A stretch of DNA of 64,000 bases from Octopus sinensis (Eukaryota). The stretch covers positions 38,874,001-38,938,000 of the forward strand of contig NC_043001.1 in the NCBI RefSeq assembly GCF_006345805.1. Reading direction: 5' to 3'. A model generated the notes under the pieces. It was given only the letters and a program-made list of their open reading frames with translations. It was not told the origin of the DNA and did not search any database. Made by a program: the position numbers and the translations under genes. This document shows, piece after piece, positions 1 through 13,034 of the stretch; the stretch's first letter is position 1; each line of letters starts with the position of its first letter.

Positions 1-800
1 TAAGGAGCATTGTCATCATGAAGAATCAACTTCTGTGTGCTCAAAAGATCTGGTTGCTTTCGGCGAATGTCCTCCCTCAAATGCTTCACAACATCGCAGT
101 AAAATTCTACATTGACTGTCTGGCCTTGGGGGATGAATTCTTTATGCACAATACTGGTTATGTTGAAAAAACAATGAGCATGCTCTTGATTGAGCTGTAG
201 CTCTGTCATGCCTTCTTTGGTCATGGTGATGAAGGCCTCTTCCATTGGGATAATGGTTGGTTCATCTCAGGGTTGTACCCATAGACCCAACTCTTATCAC
301 CGGTGATGATCCTTGATGTAAAGGATGAGTCATCAGTGGCATGCCAATGGAGATCTTGACAGACTTTGACATGATGTTCTTTCTGTTCAGTAGTCAGCAG
401 GCAGGGAACAAACTTGGCAAAGACACACTACATGTTCAATTCAGATGTTAGGATTGCCTCGATGAACCAATATGACAAACCAGCATCAGCAATGTTGTTC
501 TCTTCAGATGATCCTCATGCACAAACTGATGAATTTACAGGCTGACATTCATGGTAGGTCACCCAGATTGCTCCCTATCTCCTAGGATGTTCTTCCACTT
601 TTGAAGCACCCACACTACTTGAAACTTTGCATACGACTTATTGCCTCATCGCCGTAAGATTGCCAAAGCATGATCAATGTCTCTGTAGCAGACTTCCCAA
701 GTTTAATGCAAAATTTCAGATTGGCCCTTGGTTCCAACTTTCAGTTTATGACAAAATTGCAAACTATAGCACAAACATGATCACAAAAACACAAATTTCA
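1..800 (-). mobile_element. Degenerate mariner (Tc1/mariner) transposase, runs off the window edge
   Basis: Minus-strand translation gives KLEPRANLKFCIKLGK, IITGDKSWVYGYNPE and IVHKEFIPQGQTVNVEFYCDVVKHLREDIRRKQPDLL...LILHDDNAP, with stops and frameshifts. Confidence 0.9.
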
Positions 801-814
801 CAACTTGCGAAGTA

Positions 815-2110
815 AACACTAGCGCCGCTAAGGGTAATATTCTCTGCAGATGCACAAAAGCTTATTTCAGAGTTATTTACTTTGAATTGTTATTATCTCC
901 TATCTGATTAGCCTGTCCTTACATAACATGCTTCATGATTTTAGTATACATACCTTATTAGTGTTTCCTCTTAAGTTCTATATACTCTGGGAATGTATTA
1001 AAGCCATTTTGGGGCTACTTTGTTTGAAATTTTACTATCGGGTAATTAATTTCATGTTATTACATAACTGCCTTCAAAATTTGGGATTCCTAAAAACAGA
1101 ATCCGGTGTAAGACAGTTTGGTATTCTCAATAAATGCACAAAAAACGTTTTAACGGTTACATACTTTGTATTATTGTTATTGGATAAGCGAAACAATTAT
1201 GAGAATGGAACCATGGGATAATCCCCGATTTCCAAGGAAATACTGGGTACATCAGCTAGTACTACATATGTGGGAAATTCTGTCTGTGGGTGTGTTTGTG
1301 GAGTTGTTAGCTAACTCCTCCTACATAGTTTTATCAATTTTGATAAAACTTGACATGAGAGTAAAACACATGTCTGAAAACCTCATGGCACCCTCAGATT
1401 GTTGCAAAATCGATAATAGGGTCCCTGGAAGTGATCCTTATATATATCTAATATATTCTATTTTAAAAACCAAGGGAAATAACCCATTTGCCCCTGGAAG
1501 GGGTCCTTATTTAAAGCCAAGAGAAATAACCCTTCCATTTTCCTAAATTATTTAGCAAAAATGAAATTGAGTATGTTTATTTCTTAGTATTTGAACCGAC
1601 AGAGTTATTTTCGCAATTTATCTAGTACAACCCTGAAACAAGTAAATAGTATTTTCCTATACAATAGATCTACTTAATTCAGTTAGTGAATTATTCACGA
1701 ATATACCAACACTAGTGCCCCTGAGGGTAATATTCTCTGGGAACATACAAAAGCCATTTGCAGAGTTGCTTAATTTTGAATTGTTATCATCTCATATATG
1801 ATTAGCCTGTTCTTATGTAACATGCTTCATGATTTTAGTATACATACCTTATTAATATTTTCTCCTATGTTCTATATAATTTAGGAATGTATTAAAGCCA
1901 TTTTCAGGGATACTTTACTTGAATTCTTACTATCAGGTAATTAATTTCATGTTATTACATAACTGACTTCACAATTTGGGAATTCATAACTTATTGGGAA
2001 TTCCTAAAAACAAGATGCTGTGTAAGACTGATACTTTGTATTGCTGTTATTGGATTAGCGAAACAATTATGAGAATGGAACAAAGGGACAAGCCCCACTT
2101 TCCCGGGAAT
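815..2110. repeat. Diverged direct repeat pair (about 815-1240 and 1705-2110)
   Basis: Collinear shared blocks such as agggtaatattctctg, catgcttcatgattttagtatacataccttatta and gcgaaacaattatgagaatggaac; spacing about 890 bp. Confidence 0.8.
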
Positions 2111-2249
2111 GTCAGCTAGTATATATATATATATCCATATGTATTTAAAGAATGTAGTTGAGTAAAGATGGAATAATGTGAGATGTTCACCCCTTCACAG
2201 GAAGGAGTATATTGCATACATAAAAAATTCAACTACATTGACAGTCACA

Positions 2250-3070
2250 TAAATTTGAAAATGAACACCCAGACAAGTCTGGAACCCTCTCTCTGTTGGA
2301 TTTCCAAATCAAGATCACAGAGGATGGTTACATCCACATGAATCTTTACAAAAGGAGCAGTGACTAGGAATCTATTCATGCATTATGATTCGGCCCAATC
2401 CACCAGAGCCAAAACTGCACACATACAAAATGAAATAACATGCATAAGGGACAGATGCAGTGAAGTAAGTGACAAAGCCATCAGCATGAAGCGGTTCCTC
2501 AAGAACTTAGCATGCAATGGCTATCCACCATCAACAGCTAAAAGACTGCCTCTGTGAATCATGAAAGTGGGTAAACTACACAGAGAAGCCCAAAACATCA
2601 GATCAGAAACGTGCTTCCTTAGACTGCCCTACTTTGAAGACAGAACATCAGCAGCTATCCAACATGCCATCCGCAGGGAGAGACTTAACATACAGCTGGT
2701 ACACACCGGTCTATCCCTGAAGAAAGCTCTATCAAGGAAAAATACCAAAGAGAGCACTGTGGGGTGCACACTCACCAACTGCCCCATCAATGACATCAAA
2801 ACATGTAGTATATGAGGTCATCTGCAATAAATGTGGGGCACCCTACATAGAGAGCACTACTAGGAAACTACACATTCAAATAAACAAGCATATGCAGATA
2901 GACACTTTGATAAAGAAACACCACAAGAAGTGCTAAACCCAGAATTTCAAAGTTTCCATCAAGGCAACCTAACACAACAGGGGTAATCTCAAAATTATGG
3001 AAGCCCTCCTTATAAATAAATTGAAACCAGCCATTAATGACAGGAAGAAACTACACGAAGCAGACTAGTT
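2250..3070 (+). mobile_element. Penelope-like element fragment (RT C-terminus plus GIY-YIG endonuclease), disrupted
   Basis: FENEHPDKSGTLSLLDFQIKI, NLFMHYDSAQ..NGYP, FLRLPYF, then ICNKCGAPYIESTTRKLHIQINKH. Homologous to the copy at 38245-39135. Confidence 0.85.
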
Positions 3071-3180
3071 GTTATAGCAACAACAACCTGCACATGTCAC
3101 TTCTTCCCACCTTCACTGCCCCACCACACACACACACATACTTCTAAGCAACAAACTTTTTCCAACCACCACTTTTCTGA

Positions 3181-3220
3181 ATTTCTTGAAGAATGGGTCT
3201 TCGTGCTAAAATATAGAAAT
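3181..3220 (+). ncRNA. Decayed type I hammerhead ribozyme motif downstream of the Penelope ORF
   Basis: atttc-TTGAAGA-atgggtcttcgtgct-AAAA-ta-TA-gaaat. Helix I (atttc/gaaat) and the palindromic ATAT helix III are present, but C3 is T and G12 is A. Confidence 0.5.
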
Positions 3221-3504
3221 AAAAGGTAAAACTGCAACTTTGATCTTTTTCCTTTTCCATTTGTAGTTTAATTTGTACCTTCTTGCATTGTTCTGGCTTT
3301 ACACAACCACATTCTTTAAATCATACCTCAAAGTGCTTCACGAAATCTACCTCATTTTAACACACACACATACACACATGCACACTCACACACACACATA
3401 TATATACATACATATATTTTTCATAAAATCTAGTTTCAGCTCACGAGCTGTGGCCATGCTGGGGCACTGCCATTCAGTGTTGCTACATAATTTTACTTCA
3501 CGAA

Positions 3505-3915
3505 TGCTTTTTAGCAATTGCCATTTGGTGCATGAGAGTTTGATGCTGCTGCCCTCATCTGCACTTCCTGCTGTGAAGTTGGTTCATCTGGGACACCTGA
3601 CAGGAAGAGGTCCAGTTTTATTTTAAAGACATCTGCATCCACTCCATGGAGGTCTCTCAGGTCCTTCGGGAGGCTATTGAAGAGCTGTGGACCCCTAAAG
3701 CCCAGGCTATCACAGTATCTTGTCCTACATCTTGATGGCAAATTTGGAGTCCTTGGCACTATGCAGTGACACCCAGTTCTAGTATTTGTGTAACTCTCAA
3801 TGCCAAAGTTTGGGACAAGTCCTTCCAGGATCTTCCAGATGTATATTATGGCATATCTTTCTTGCCTACGCTCTAAGGAATACAGTCTTAATCTCTTGAG
3901 TCTTTCTTTTCTCTG
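3505..3915 (-). mobile_element. CR1/L2-like LINE 3' fragment
   Basis: LYSLERRRERYAIIYIWKILEGLVPN and RTRYCDSLGFRGPQLFNSLPKDLRDLHGVDADVFKIKLDLFL, typical of CR1-group ORF2 C-termini. Confidence 0.8.
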
Positions 3916-4403
3916 ATTTTCCTCTCGATTTCACTTGGGCTGTGTAAATTGTAGAATGGAAATATTATATATATTTTCCGACAGAAAAGAATTTTATTGA
4001 TAAATTTGAACCCAAGCTAAATAAGCAATAATAATGATAATACTTAGAGGTACTACTTCTACTGCTACGACCATGACCACTAACAACAACAACAATACTA
4101 AAGGTGATCCAGATGAAGATAGCAGGAAAATTATCTTATTTAGGGTTAAAAGTTCTATTGCCACCACCATCACCACAAGCAACAATAATTAAGGTCTTGA
4201 CAATGATGATGATGACAATTGAAATATAAAAATCCCTGACAAAGGCTATTTACAACATTTCTAAAAATAGCCCAACAATTGCTACCTGGGCCAGGGTTAA
4301 GATACAGGACTCTTGACATGTTCAACAAAGCGTGACACCTAAACCAACCAATCAGCTTAAGTAATTGAGTGATGCTACACACTGATTGGTCAGAATACAT
4401 ATA

Positions 4404-5350
4404 CTAGCAGCATAGCCCGGCGTTGCCCGGGTATGTAAGAGCCCCTAGTAGGCAACGACTAATCCCAATCTAGTCCTTTCCCTCTAGGGAAGGAAGGTGC
4501 ATGTGTAGGTTGCAATGTCTTCTCTTCACTCGAATACTTCTGTGTATACAATGTTCCTAGCTGTCCCTTTGGGCGAAAACATGAAAACATCATTGCGCCT
4601 CCCAACGCGTGAACAGCCCACGTAGATTTGAACGTGGGCGAAGCACTGTTCGCCCAACTGTAACCCAGCAACTTGTAGCGTTTGGCCTTGGGATTTATTG
4701 ATGGACATTGCGAAGCAGAGTTTAACAGGAAACTGAGAACGCCTGAAGTCGATTGGTAGGTCAGCGCCCGACGGTTGAAGGTGCATGCGTGGAATGAAGA
4801 CGTTCTCTCCCTTCCCACAACCGGTAAGTATTGTGGCCGTTATTAAATGTGGTGGCAAATGTTTCACAACCAGACGTGTGCCGTTGTACTGTTTAGGTGG
4901 AACCAAATTCCTGATGAGCATAATGGGCGCACTGACTTTTAACTTCAGGATGTGTGGCGGCAGGCCTGGCGGTTCAAGTGAATTCAGGAATTCAACAGGA
5001 TAATCGGCAAGCTCGGTGGGGTCTGCTGTCCTATCAATAGATTTGTAGAAGTGGACATCACCAGGAATAGCTTCAAGTAGCTGGATATTGATGGAGTTGA
5101 GAGTTAAAATGGTCGAGTTGCGTCCCCTAGACAGTCTGTGGTTTGTGTTTCTGATTCTCAACCCCATGTTGAATTTATCGATTTTTTTCAGAACTGGGGG
5201 AACTTTTCAAAATTTTCGCTGGTTAGTTTTGAATTATGACATTGGGCTATGTGTGTGTCAAGTTTCATCAGAATCGGTTGAAAGCCGTGGTCAGGGTGAG
5301 GGTACAACCTGACAGACACACAGACAGACAAACTGCCGTTTATATATATA
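4404..5350 (-). mobile_element. Internally deleted Helitron retaining both ends and the PIF1 helicase C-terminus
   Basis: 3' hairpin cccgggcaacgccggg then CTAG (4404-4407) followed by T; ORF 4526-5167 with PIF1 motifs (GTRL, FAMSINKSQGQT, YVGCSRV); 5' end tatataaacggcagtttgtctgtctg merges into (TA)n. Confidence 0.92.
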
Positions 5351-5351
5351 T

Positions 5352-5413
<62 letters not shown>

Positions 5414-5430
5414 AATATATATATAAATAT

Positions 5431-5795
5431 ATAGAATGGTTGTATACTGTCAATCTAACATGAACGTGACAGTAGGGGAGGGTACACCACCGCTGTTTAG
5501 CCCTAGGAAGCATCGACGCCTCCTGATGGCTTTGACACATTTTTCCTGTGTCCTTATATACATTTACGAAGGGGAGACAAATACCCCCAGCCGCCAGGGC
5601 TGCATCTAGAGACACGCGTGTTTCAGGATCATTGTCCTTTGTCGGCCTAGACTAGCAGACACCGGTCAGCTATTGATATCTGCCTCGACTCGTAATGTAT
5701 ATTTCTAATTTCAGTGAAGTCTATTCACTGGTTATCAAAATCCCCCCCTCCTACTGTCACGTTCATGTTAGATTGACAGTATACAACCATTCTAT
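5431..5795. mobile_element. 365-bp MITE with 45-bp terminal inverted repeats
   Basis: atagaatggttgtatactgtcaatctaacatgaacgtgacagtagg at 5431 and its exact reverse complement ending at 5795. Confidence 0.85.
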
Positions 5796-5852
5796 CGCCC
5801 CACCACTGTACACGTCTCTACGAGAGATTTAGAAATTTAGTATTTCTGATTT

Positions 5853-6990
5853 CAGAGTTTCTACAGCTGGATGCCCTTCCTAACACTAACCACTCTGAGA
5901 GTGTAGTGGATGCTTTTACGTGCCACTGACATGAGGGCCTTTCAGGCGGTACTAGCAATGGCCATGCTCAAATGATGTTTTTTACGTGCAACCTGCATGG
6001 GAGCCAGTCCGGCGGCACTGGCAACAACCACGCTCGAATGTTTTTCTACATGTCACTGGCACAAGTGCCAGTAAGGCGACACTGCTAATGATTACGCTCA
6101 AATGGTGCTTTTTACGTGCCACCGGCACAGAAGCTAGTCAGCTGCTCTGGCAACAATCATGCTCAGATGGTGCTCTTAGCGCCCCACTAGCACTGATGCC
6201 AGTCATCCAATTTCATTTCAATTTCATTTACCTCAACAGGTCTTTGCAAGCATAGTTTAGTGTCCAGTGAAGGAAAGGTACTCATAAGTGGGCTGGTTAT
6301 ATCCCTGGCATAGGCCACGGGTTATGGTCTCACTTGGCTTGCCGAGTCTTCTCATGCACAGCATATTTCCAAAGGTCTCGGTCACTAGTCATTGCCTCAG
6401 TGAAACCTAATGTTCAAAGGTCGTGCTTCACCACCCCATCCCAGGTCTTCCTGGGTCTACCTCTTCCACAAGTTCCCTCCACTGTTAGGGTATGACACTT
6501 CTTCACACAGCTGTCCTTATCCATACGCAACGCATGACCATACCAGCTATCCTCATCCTTTCTCACCACATGACCATACCAGCGCAGTCATCTCTCTTGC
6601 ACACCACATCTGATGCTTCTTAGGCCCAACTTTTCTCTCAAGGTACTTACACTCTGACATTACACATCAATTGGAGCATACTGGCTTCATTCCTTGCCAG
6701 CTTATGCATGTCATCAGCAGTCATGGCCCATGTTTCACTGCCGTATGGCATGGCTGTTCGTACACATGTGTCATACAGCCTACCTTTTACTCTGAGCGAG
6801 AGGCGCTTTGTTACCAGCAGAGGTAAGAGCTCTCTGAACTTTGCCCAGGCTATTCTTATTCTAGCAGCTACACTTTCAGCGCACCTTCCCCCGCTACTGA
6901 CTTGGTCACCTAGGTAATGGAAGCTATCAACTACTAGTTTTTCTCCCTGGAATGTTGCGGAAATTGTTCTCTGCATATTTTCAGTGTTTA
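5853..6990 (-). mobile_element. RTE-clade LINE 3' fragment with repeat-containing 3' UTR
   Basis: VVDSFHYLGDQVSSGG..AWAKFRELLPLL..YGSETW (6647-6976). The UTR matches the tails at 47350-47870 and 59533-60003. Confidence 0.9.
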
Positions 6991-7166
6991 TTGCTCTTGA
7001 GCATCTGCCAAATACAAAAACTATCTTCCCAGTTGGCCTTCCTTTGATATTGCTGAACCACTTATGTGTCCATAGCTTATACTGGGTACATCTTATAAAG
7101 TCTCTACCTATGCCTTTCCTACAGATCGAGCAGAGCCATCTACCTGAAGGGATTTATATATATATA

Positions 7167-7523
7167 CTAGCAGTATCACCTGGCGTTGCTCAGGTTTGTT
7201 TCGACCCGCTGGAATTGGAATTTTTGAAAAGTAAAAATTTTGCATTATGTAGCTTGTTATTCCCTTCAAGTGAACATTTTTGTGGTTGAAATACACCGAA
7301 AAGTGGCGACACAGCAGTGAAAAATGCACCTTTTTGATGTAAATAATTTTTGGTGTTAACATGGTCCGATTTGAATTTTATCTTCTACGGAAGGAAGAGC
7401 AACCCTTCTATCATACTCTCAATTTTGGTCAACTTGCGCCGCAGGGTCTCGGAGGAGATAGTGTTAGTTGAAGGCTACCAAACCTGGCGCACACAGACAA
7501 CTTCAGCTTTATATAGAGAGAGA
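7167..7523 (-). mobile_element. Non-autonomous Helitron (357 bp)
   Basis: Minus strand A|TCtctctatataaagctgaag at the 5' end; hairpin cctgagcaacgccagg plus CTAG|T at the 3' end. Confidence 0.85.
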
Positions 7524-7524
7524 T

Positions 7525-8749
7525 AACACACACACATTAATACACATACATACAAACACACACACACACACACATGTATGTATGGATGTATGTATATATA
7601 TATGTACATCTGTCCACTTCTTGCCATATTTTTATCCTTCACTTCCTACACACACTCACACACACACGCACACACACACACCTTCTTAGCTTACAATTTT
7701 CTTTCAACAATTGACAACTGAAGTACGCTCACAAATTAATACTACGAAAACTTAGCGACAGAAAGTAAATTAAAAACCAATTTACCTTTTCTGTTGAGTT
7801 ATCATTCTAATTCGACCGTCTGATTTCCTTAAATCCGTCTCTTTTCTTCAACTGAACTTACTTCCTATCGTTTCTTAAAGTCCTTTGTGAAATCTAGGAG
7901 TGTTTTTTTTTGTTCTTTCTCGAGAAAGTTTTGTTTTCTCGACACTAAAAACTAACGGGAAGTAGACAACAGTCCCAGTACAATTGGTGTAATAGTGTAA
8001 CTCATTAATGTGAGCGGCTAGCATCTACTCACCATATGTCAGTGAATTGTTGCTGTGTGTTTGCAAATGTGTTCGAATGAGAAAGTGAATTGTGTTTGGT
8101 GCCTTTTTTACTAATAACAAACACACACGTGTGTGTGTGTGTGTTTGAGTATTTGTATGTAGTTGTTTGAAACGTTTGTGTTTGTCACTGTCATATATGT
8201 ATATGTTTGCGTGTCTATGTGTGTAAAGAGAAAGTAGGAGAAAGTGTGGTAATAGGCGGAGTAAAGCCTTTGAAGTGAGAGAGGGAAATCGTAAAATATT
8301 GAGTTTTCTCAAATTTTTGCTTAATTGGGGGTCAAATTGAAAGAAATTTATATGCCATGTCCGAATGGAATGTACTTCGAAAAATCATAGGTAAATTCCA
8401 ATTGAAGAAATTGTGTGAGGAGTAAATCGTTATGTATTTATTTGTTTCTGTTTGCTCTGTATTTTTTTGAGTACTGTTTAAGGTACACTTGCAAAGAGAA
8501 AGTAGGAGAAAGTGTGGTAATAGCAGGCGTGTAGCAGTTGAAATTAGAGAGGCAAATCGTAAAATATTTACTTTTCTCGAATTTTTGCTTAATTGGGGGT
8601 CAAATTGAAAAAACTTTATACGCCATGACCCAATCAAATCTAGTTCGAAAAATCATAGGTAAATTCCAATTGAAGAAATTCTATATTGTAGAATTGTATT
8701 AAATACGAACATGGTAACAAGCAGAGAAAATCTGCCTTTTATCATAAGA
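7525..8749 (-). mobile_element. Helitron-like family C element (5' end TCTTATGATAAAAGGCAGATTTT)
   Basis: Same terminal module at 28771, 30697/30705 and 50982; contains an internal duplication (about 8225-8415 and 8495-8680). Confidence 0.6.
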
Positions 8750-8769
8750 TATATATATATATATATATG

Positions 8770-8910
8770 ATGGCCTTTCAGTTATATCTGCCACATCTAC
8801 TCAGAATGCTTTGGTTGATCTGGAGCTATAGTATAACATACTTGCTTAAGGTGTCATGCAGTGAAACTGAACCCAAAGCTACAATGTTTGGAACACGAAC
8901 TTCTTAGCCA
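8770..8910 (-). repeat. Degenerate tRNA-derived SINE
   Basis: Reverse complement resembles the SINE head at 42336-42411 (aagaag..ggttcagt..ggcacc). Confidence 0.6.
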
Positions 8911-11889
8911 TGTCTGCACTTAACTATTAAATCACACAGCTATAACTGTGCCAATATATAGTAGATATGAAAATAGATGTAGGCTAGTCAGGTTCAAATC
9001 AATCTGCTAGAAATAGCAGCCAAATTCTATGACAATTAAAAATTCTGAATAAAAATGTTTATATAAGAAACATATTGTTACTTACCACAGAAGCATTGTG
9101 CAAGGAACAAGTATTTCAAATATAACGGGTTAAATTCCATTATCTACAAAGAAAATGATAAATACTGATAGGAACAATTTCTACAAATAGTCCATGATGC
9201 AAAATAATAGTGTAAAAAATAATTTAACATAAATCATAGGAACTTGTCTTTGCAAAATCAGGAACCCATGAGCAAGTAGAATCATGGTGAAATTATGAAG
9301 AGCAGTATAGAGGATAAGTAATAAAAATACTAGACACAGTTAATCTGAAAAATACAAAGAAAAAACAAAAAGCAACATCAGTGTTTTGTTTAGTCATATT
9401 TTTAGCATCTTCCATTACACTCTCTCTTTCAAATACCTCAGAACATCCAAGTAAAATATGATTTTCTATAGGGGTCACTATGAATTTTTGAAACTTTTTA
9501 AATGTAATTTCTACTGTACATTTTCTTGGAGAGCATCCAAAAACAAACATTTTGATACCTCATTTGTGAAATTTGAATGAATATTTTATGAGACATGACG
9601 ACTTGGGTGGCCAGTAAATTTGTTAAAATCTTGCCTAATTAGCCTACATGAATAATTGACCATTTTGTAATATATCTTTGAAACTGAGGTGATAACCAAC
9701 TTTGTATTACACAAATAGGTGCCTTTCTTTTTCTTTCTTTTTTTTTTTCAGGTTTTTGAAAATAAAACTTTGTTTTGGGAGCAATTTTTAAAATATTTAT
9801 GTAAAACCTATTTTGTTACATGTAACAGTCAATTTCAGTGTTTTCAGACTTAGCTAAATTCAAAAGTACAAGTCACAAGGACTTGAGTTTTGGCATATTT
9901 GTAATAGATACAAGCTAAATAAATCCTGAGATTTGGGATCATAACACCATTTCAATACAATTTTAATGGACTATTAAAAATGGCTATAAGCAGCAGAGTT
10001 TGGGATCAGGATGTCCATTTAAGCTGAATTTTTATGGGGATTTTTCCAATTTTCTTTTCACCACCGCCTTGGAAATGACAGGGCAAGGTATATTATAGAA
10101 AAATTTCTTGAAAATCTATGATTTTTTCCAGCCTCCTTCCCTCCCCTCTGGACTGATTTTGGCCTCTTTTTTTTTTTGTACAATGCACTTAAAAAAACAA
10201 GAGAAACGTTTTAATTATGAAATGATCTTTGAAAACATTTTCAAATGAAAAAGTGTGTGATTTACAGAAGATTTAGCTGTTGCTTCTAGCACATGACATG
10301 ATGACCTGACACCTTTCTCAAAATTGCATGTAGACCCAGATTAAAAGACAAACAAAATGTGAAATCTAATTCCTTGCTTTGGCATTAAAAGCTTGAATTA
10401 AAGATATTAAAAACATATGTACCATAGCAAACTTGTTAGTAGGAGAGAGAGACAAAAACCTAAAATGAATATGTAAACACTACTACAAATTATCCAACTA
10501 TATTCAAAATTGGGAAAGAAAATGCTTCATATTGAACCTAAATAGTCTACAAAATAATATTCATTGTACAATATAATTGTGTTTGCAAAATTTATCCAAT
10601 ATTTCTCAAAGGACAATGAAATTTACATGTACAAGAATATCCACAAGGTATAATTCAGACATCAATCTCCACACTTTGTTACACAAGAGGGAATAAAGAT
10701 TCACAATACAATCATTCTATGCTAATTATGGGTTCTAGAAGTCCGATGCAGCTCAATTTAGTGCATTTTTCTATAGAAATATGTTTACTTAGTTCATTTC
10801 TTGAAACTCTGGCTCAAACCAGAGCCTTGGATTCTGAAACCTCAGATTTGTGTTCTATTACCACAGAGGAATATGTCACTTTGACTAGTAGTGTCAGTGT
10901 ACCACTCTCTTTATTGACTTTGCACTTTTTCACCATACTGTGGACAGATTCAGCAATGATCAATCTAACTGGCAAGTAATTTTTCTTTCTTATGACATAA
11001 AAATCTTGAAGAAAATGTATTATTTTCTAAGTGAAAGTTGATGATAAAATTTTGACCTTTCTATGTCATAGGGATTATTTAACCTACTTTCATTGATTTT
11101 TATATCAAAATAAAGCAGTAAAAGTCCTTTTCATGACAGTGTTATCTCTAAAAGAATCAAGTTATAGTGCTCCAGCACACTGAACAAAGATGAGAGTTAC
11201 CTTTCAGTAGTCAAAAAAAAAAAAAAATTGGACAAACTTTGTGAATGAGTAGAAATACCAGGGTGATTGAAGGAACATGGCATAATATGCCATGAGTCTG
11301 ATTTTGATTCAAATTATATGAGAAGAAAGTTCACATAGAAAACTTTCAAATGAAATATGATTTTGACGAAAAAATGATCAAGCAAACTGTATTCTTGTAT
11401 TGTCAAACTGTACTTGTTTCCCTCCTAAGGTGCTTTATAGTGATAGCTTTCCAGAGTCAGCACTGCCAGTTACAATATTTGCGAATGAATATGTCTATGT
11501 AAACAATGCATTTGAAGAGAGAAAAAGCAGGTAATGGGTGTATTTACATATTTCAAGAGTTATAGCTCTTTCATTAACTCCACATCCAACCAACCAACAG
11601 TCCATGGACACATTGCTTAAATACCCAATAAGTTGAACAGTGTGACACAACTGGATAGATTAATTTACATATTAAACACATTTCTGGCAAACAGTACATG
11701 CATATAAATTGGTATCAAGGTCAGAGTATTTCATTTTGCAACCATAATATATGATACTATATTTACACTAGTATAGTATATGCTATACTTACACGAGTAT
11801 AGTATACTATTACACATCCAACAGACTATGTTCGGTTCATTTAATTCTACTCTTCATAAATCTGCACTCAAAGAGGCCCATGTCTCACT

Positions 11890-12050
11890 TTTAAACAGCA
11901 TCACACTTCATATACAATCATCATGTAATCCATCTTACACTCTGAGAAAAAACCCTTTGTTGCCAGTAGAGGTAATAACTTCCTGAACTTCTTCCAATCA
12001 GTTCTTACTTTCACTACTATGCTCTCTGATCCCCTGCCCTTTTCATTAAT
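11890..12050 (-). mobile_element. RTE LINE fragment
   Basis: SESIVVKVRTDWKKFRKLLPLLATKG, homologous to 6647-6976. Confidence 0.75.
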
Positions 12051-13034
12051 TAGGTAATATAAGTTATCAACTAATCCTAGACAGTTCATCAACCACTTTA
12101 TAGAATGATATGAGTGGAATTTTAGTAGTGATTGCCTTCTACACTGTAAGGTGAAAGAGACTCTGCCAGCTGAATAGTTAGATAGAACAGTGTTGGAGGA
12201 AATAGCATGAGTGAGAGAGGATAGTAAGAGTGTGACTGGGATAAGAGGGCAAGTAGATAAGTAAGTGATAGCCATGGATTAAAAAATCTGATACAAATGA
12301 ATTGTTCAATGTTCCCATCCCACAATGTTGGTCTACACCTAAACAATGGATTGGGAATTTCTCATGGCCGCAATGATCATACTCACTACCTTTAGTCAAT
12401 TAAGCCTCAAAATCACAGTCATGACTGATTTGTTAAAAGTCAATTTTAAGATGTTTCCCTAGATCTAAACTTTCACTCTAATAAACCATACCATAAGCGC
12501 AACAAGAAATTTAACTGCACTCACAAACAGTTTCGCTACCAGGTTTAGAAACCTGATAGCTAAACATTAATAGCAGGATATTCAACCTCTCTCCTCTAAA
12601 GAGATTTTTGATAAGCCTCTTACTATGAAAATGTCCTAGGTAATAGTAGCTTCAAAGATAATTTATATTGCAACATTTCTAGTAATAATACGAATAATAA
12701 AAATGCACCTTAGAATAGGAAATTCATTTAGTTTGCCCTCACTCTCCCAAAATGTTAAAGCTAATTTAGTTTAAAAATTCCTCTCTCTCTCTCTTAGATA
12801 AGCGTTTCCCAGAAAATCACAAGTACAGAAAGATCTTTAACAGATAAATAAATTATCATAAAGCTGCTGCCCCCAATATAAAGAGCAGCATCATCCATAA
12901 CCACCACCAAGAGCCCACTTCCAGTTATAACTGCTGAGACTCTGAAGCTTGTCCATTCATTGTCCACTCAACTAGGGGTGCACAATAAACTTCATCTTAT
13001 ATGAAGCAGAAATTATAGTTACACTATATGATAA

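Noticed and set aside
9085-9345. Minus-strand AG...GTAAGT-bounded segment
   Set aside because: Stops in all three frames; it could only be non-coding and has no support.
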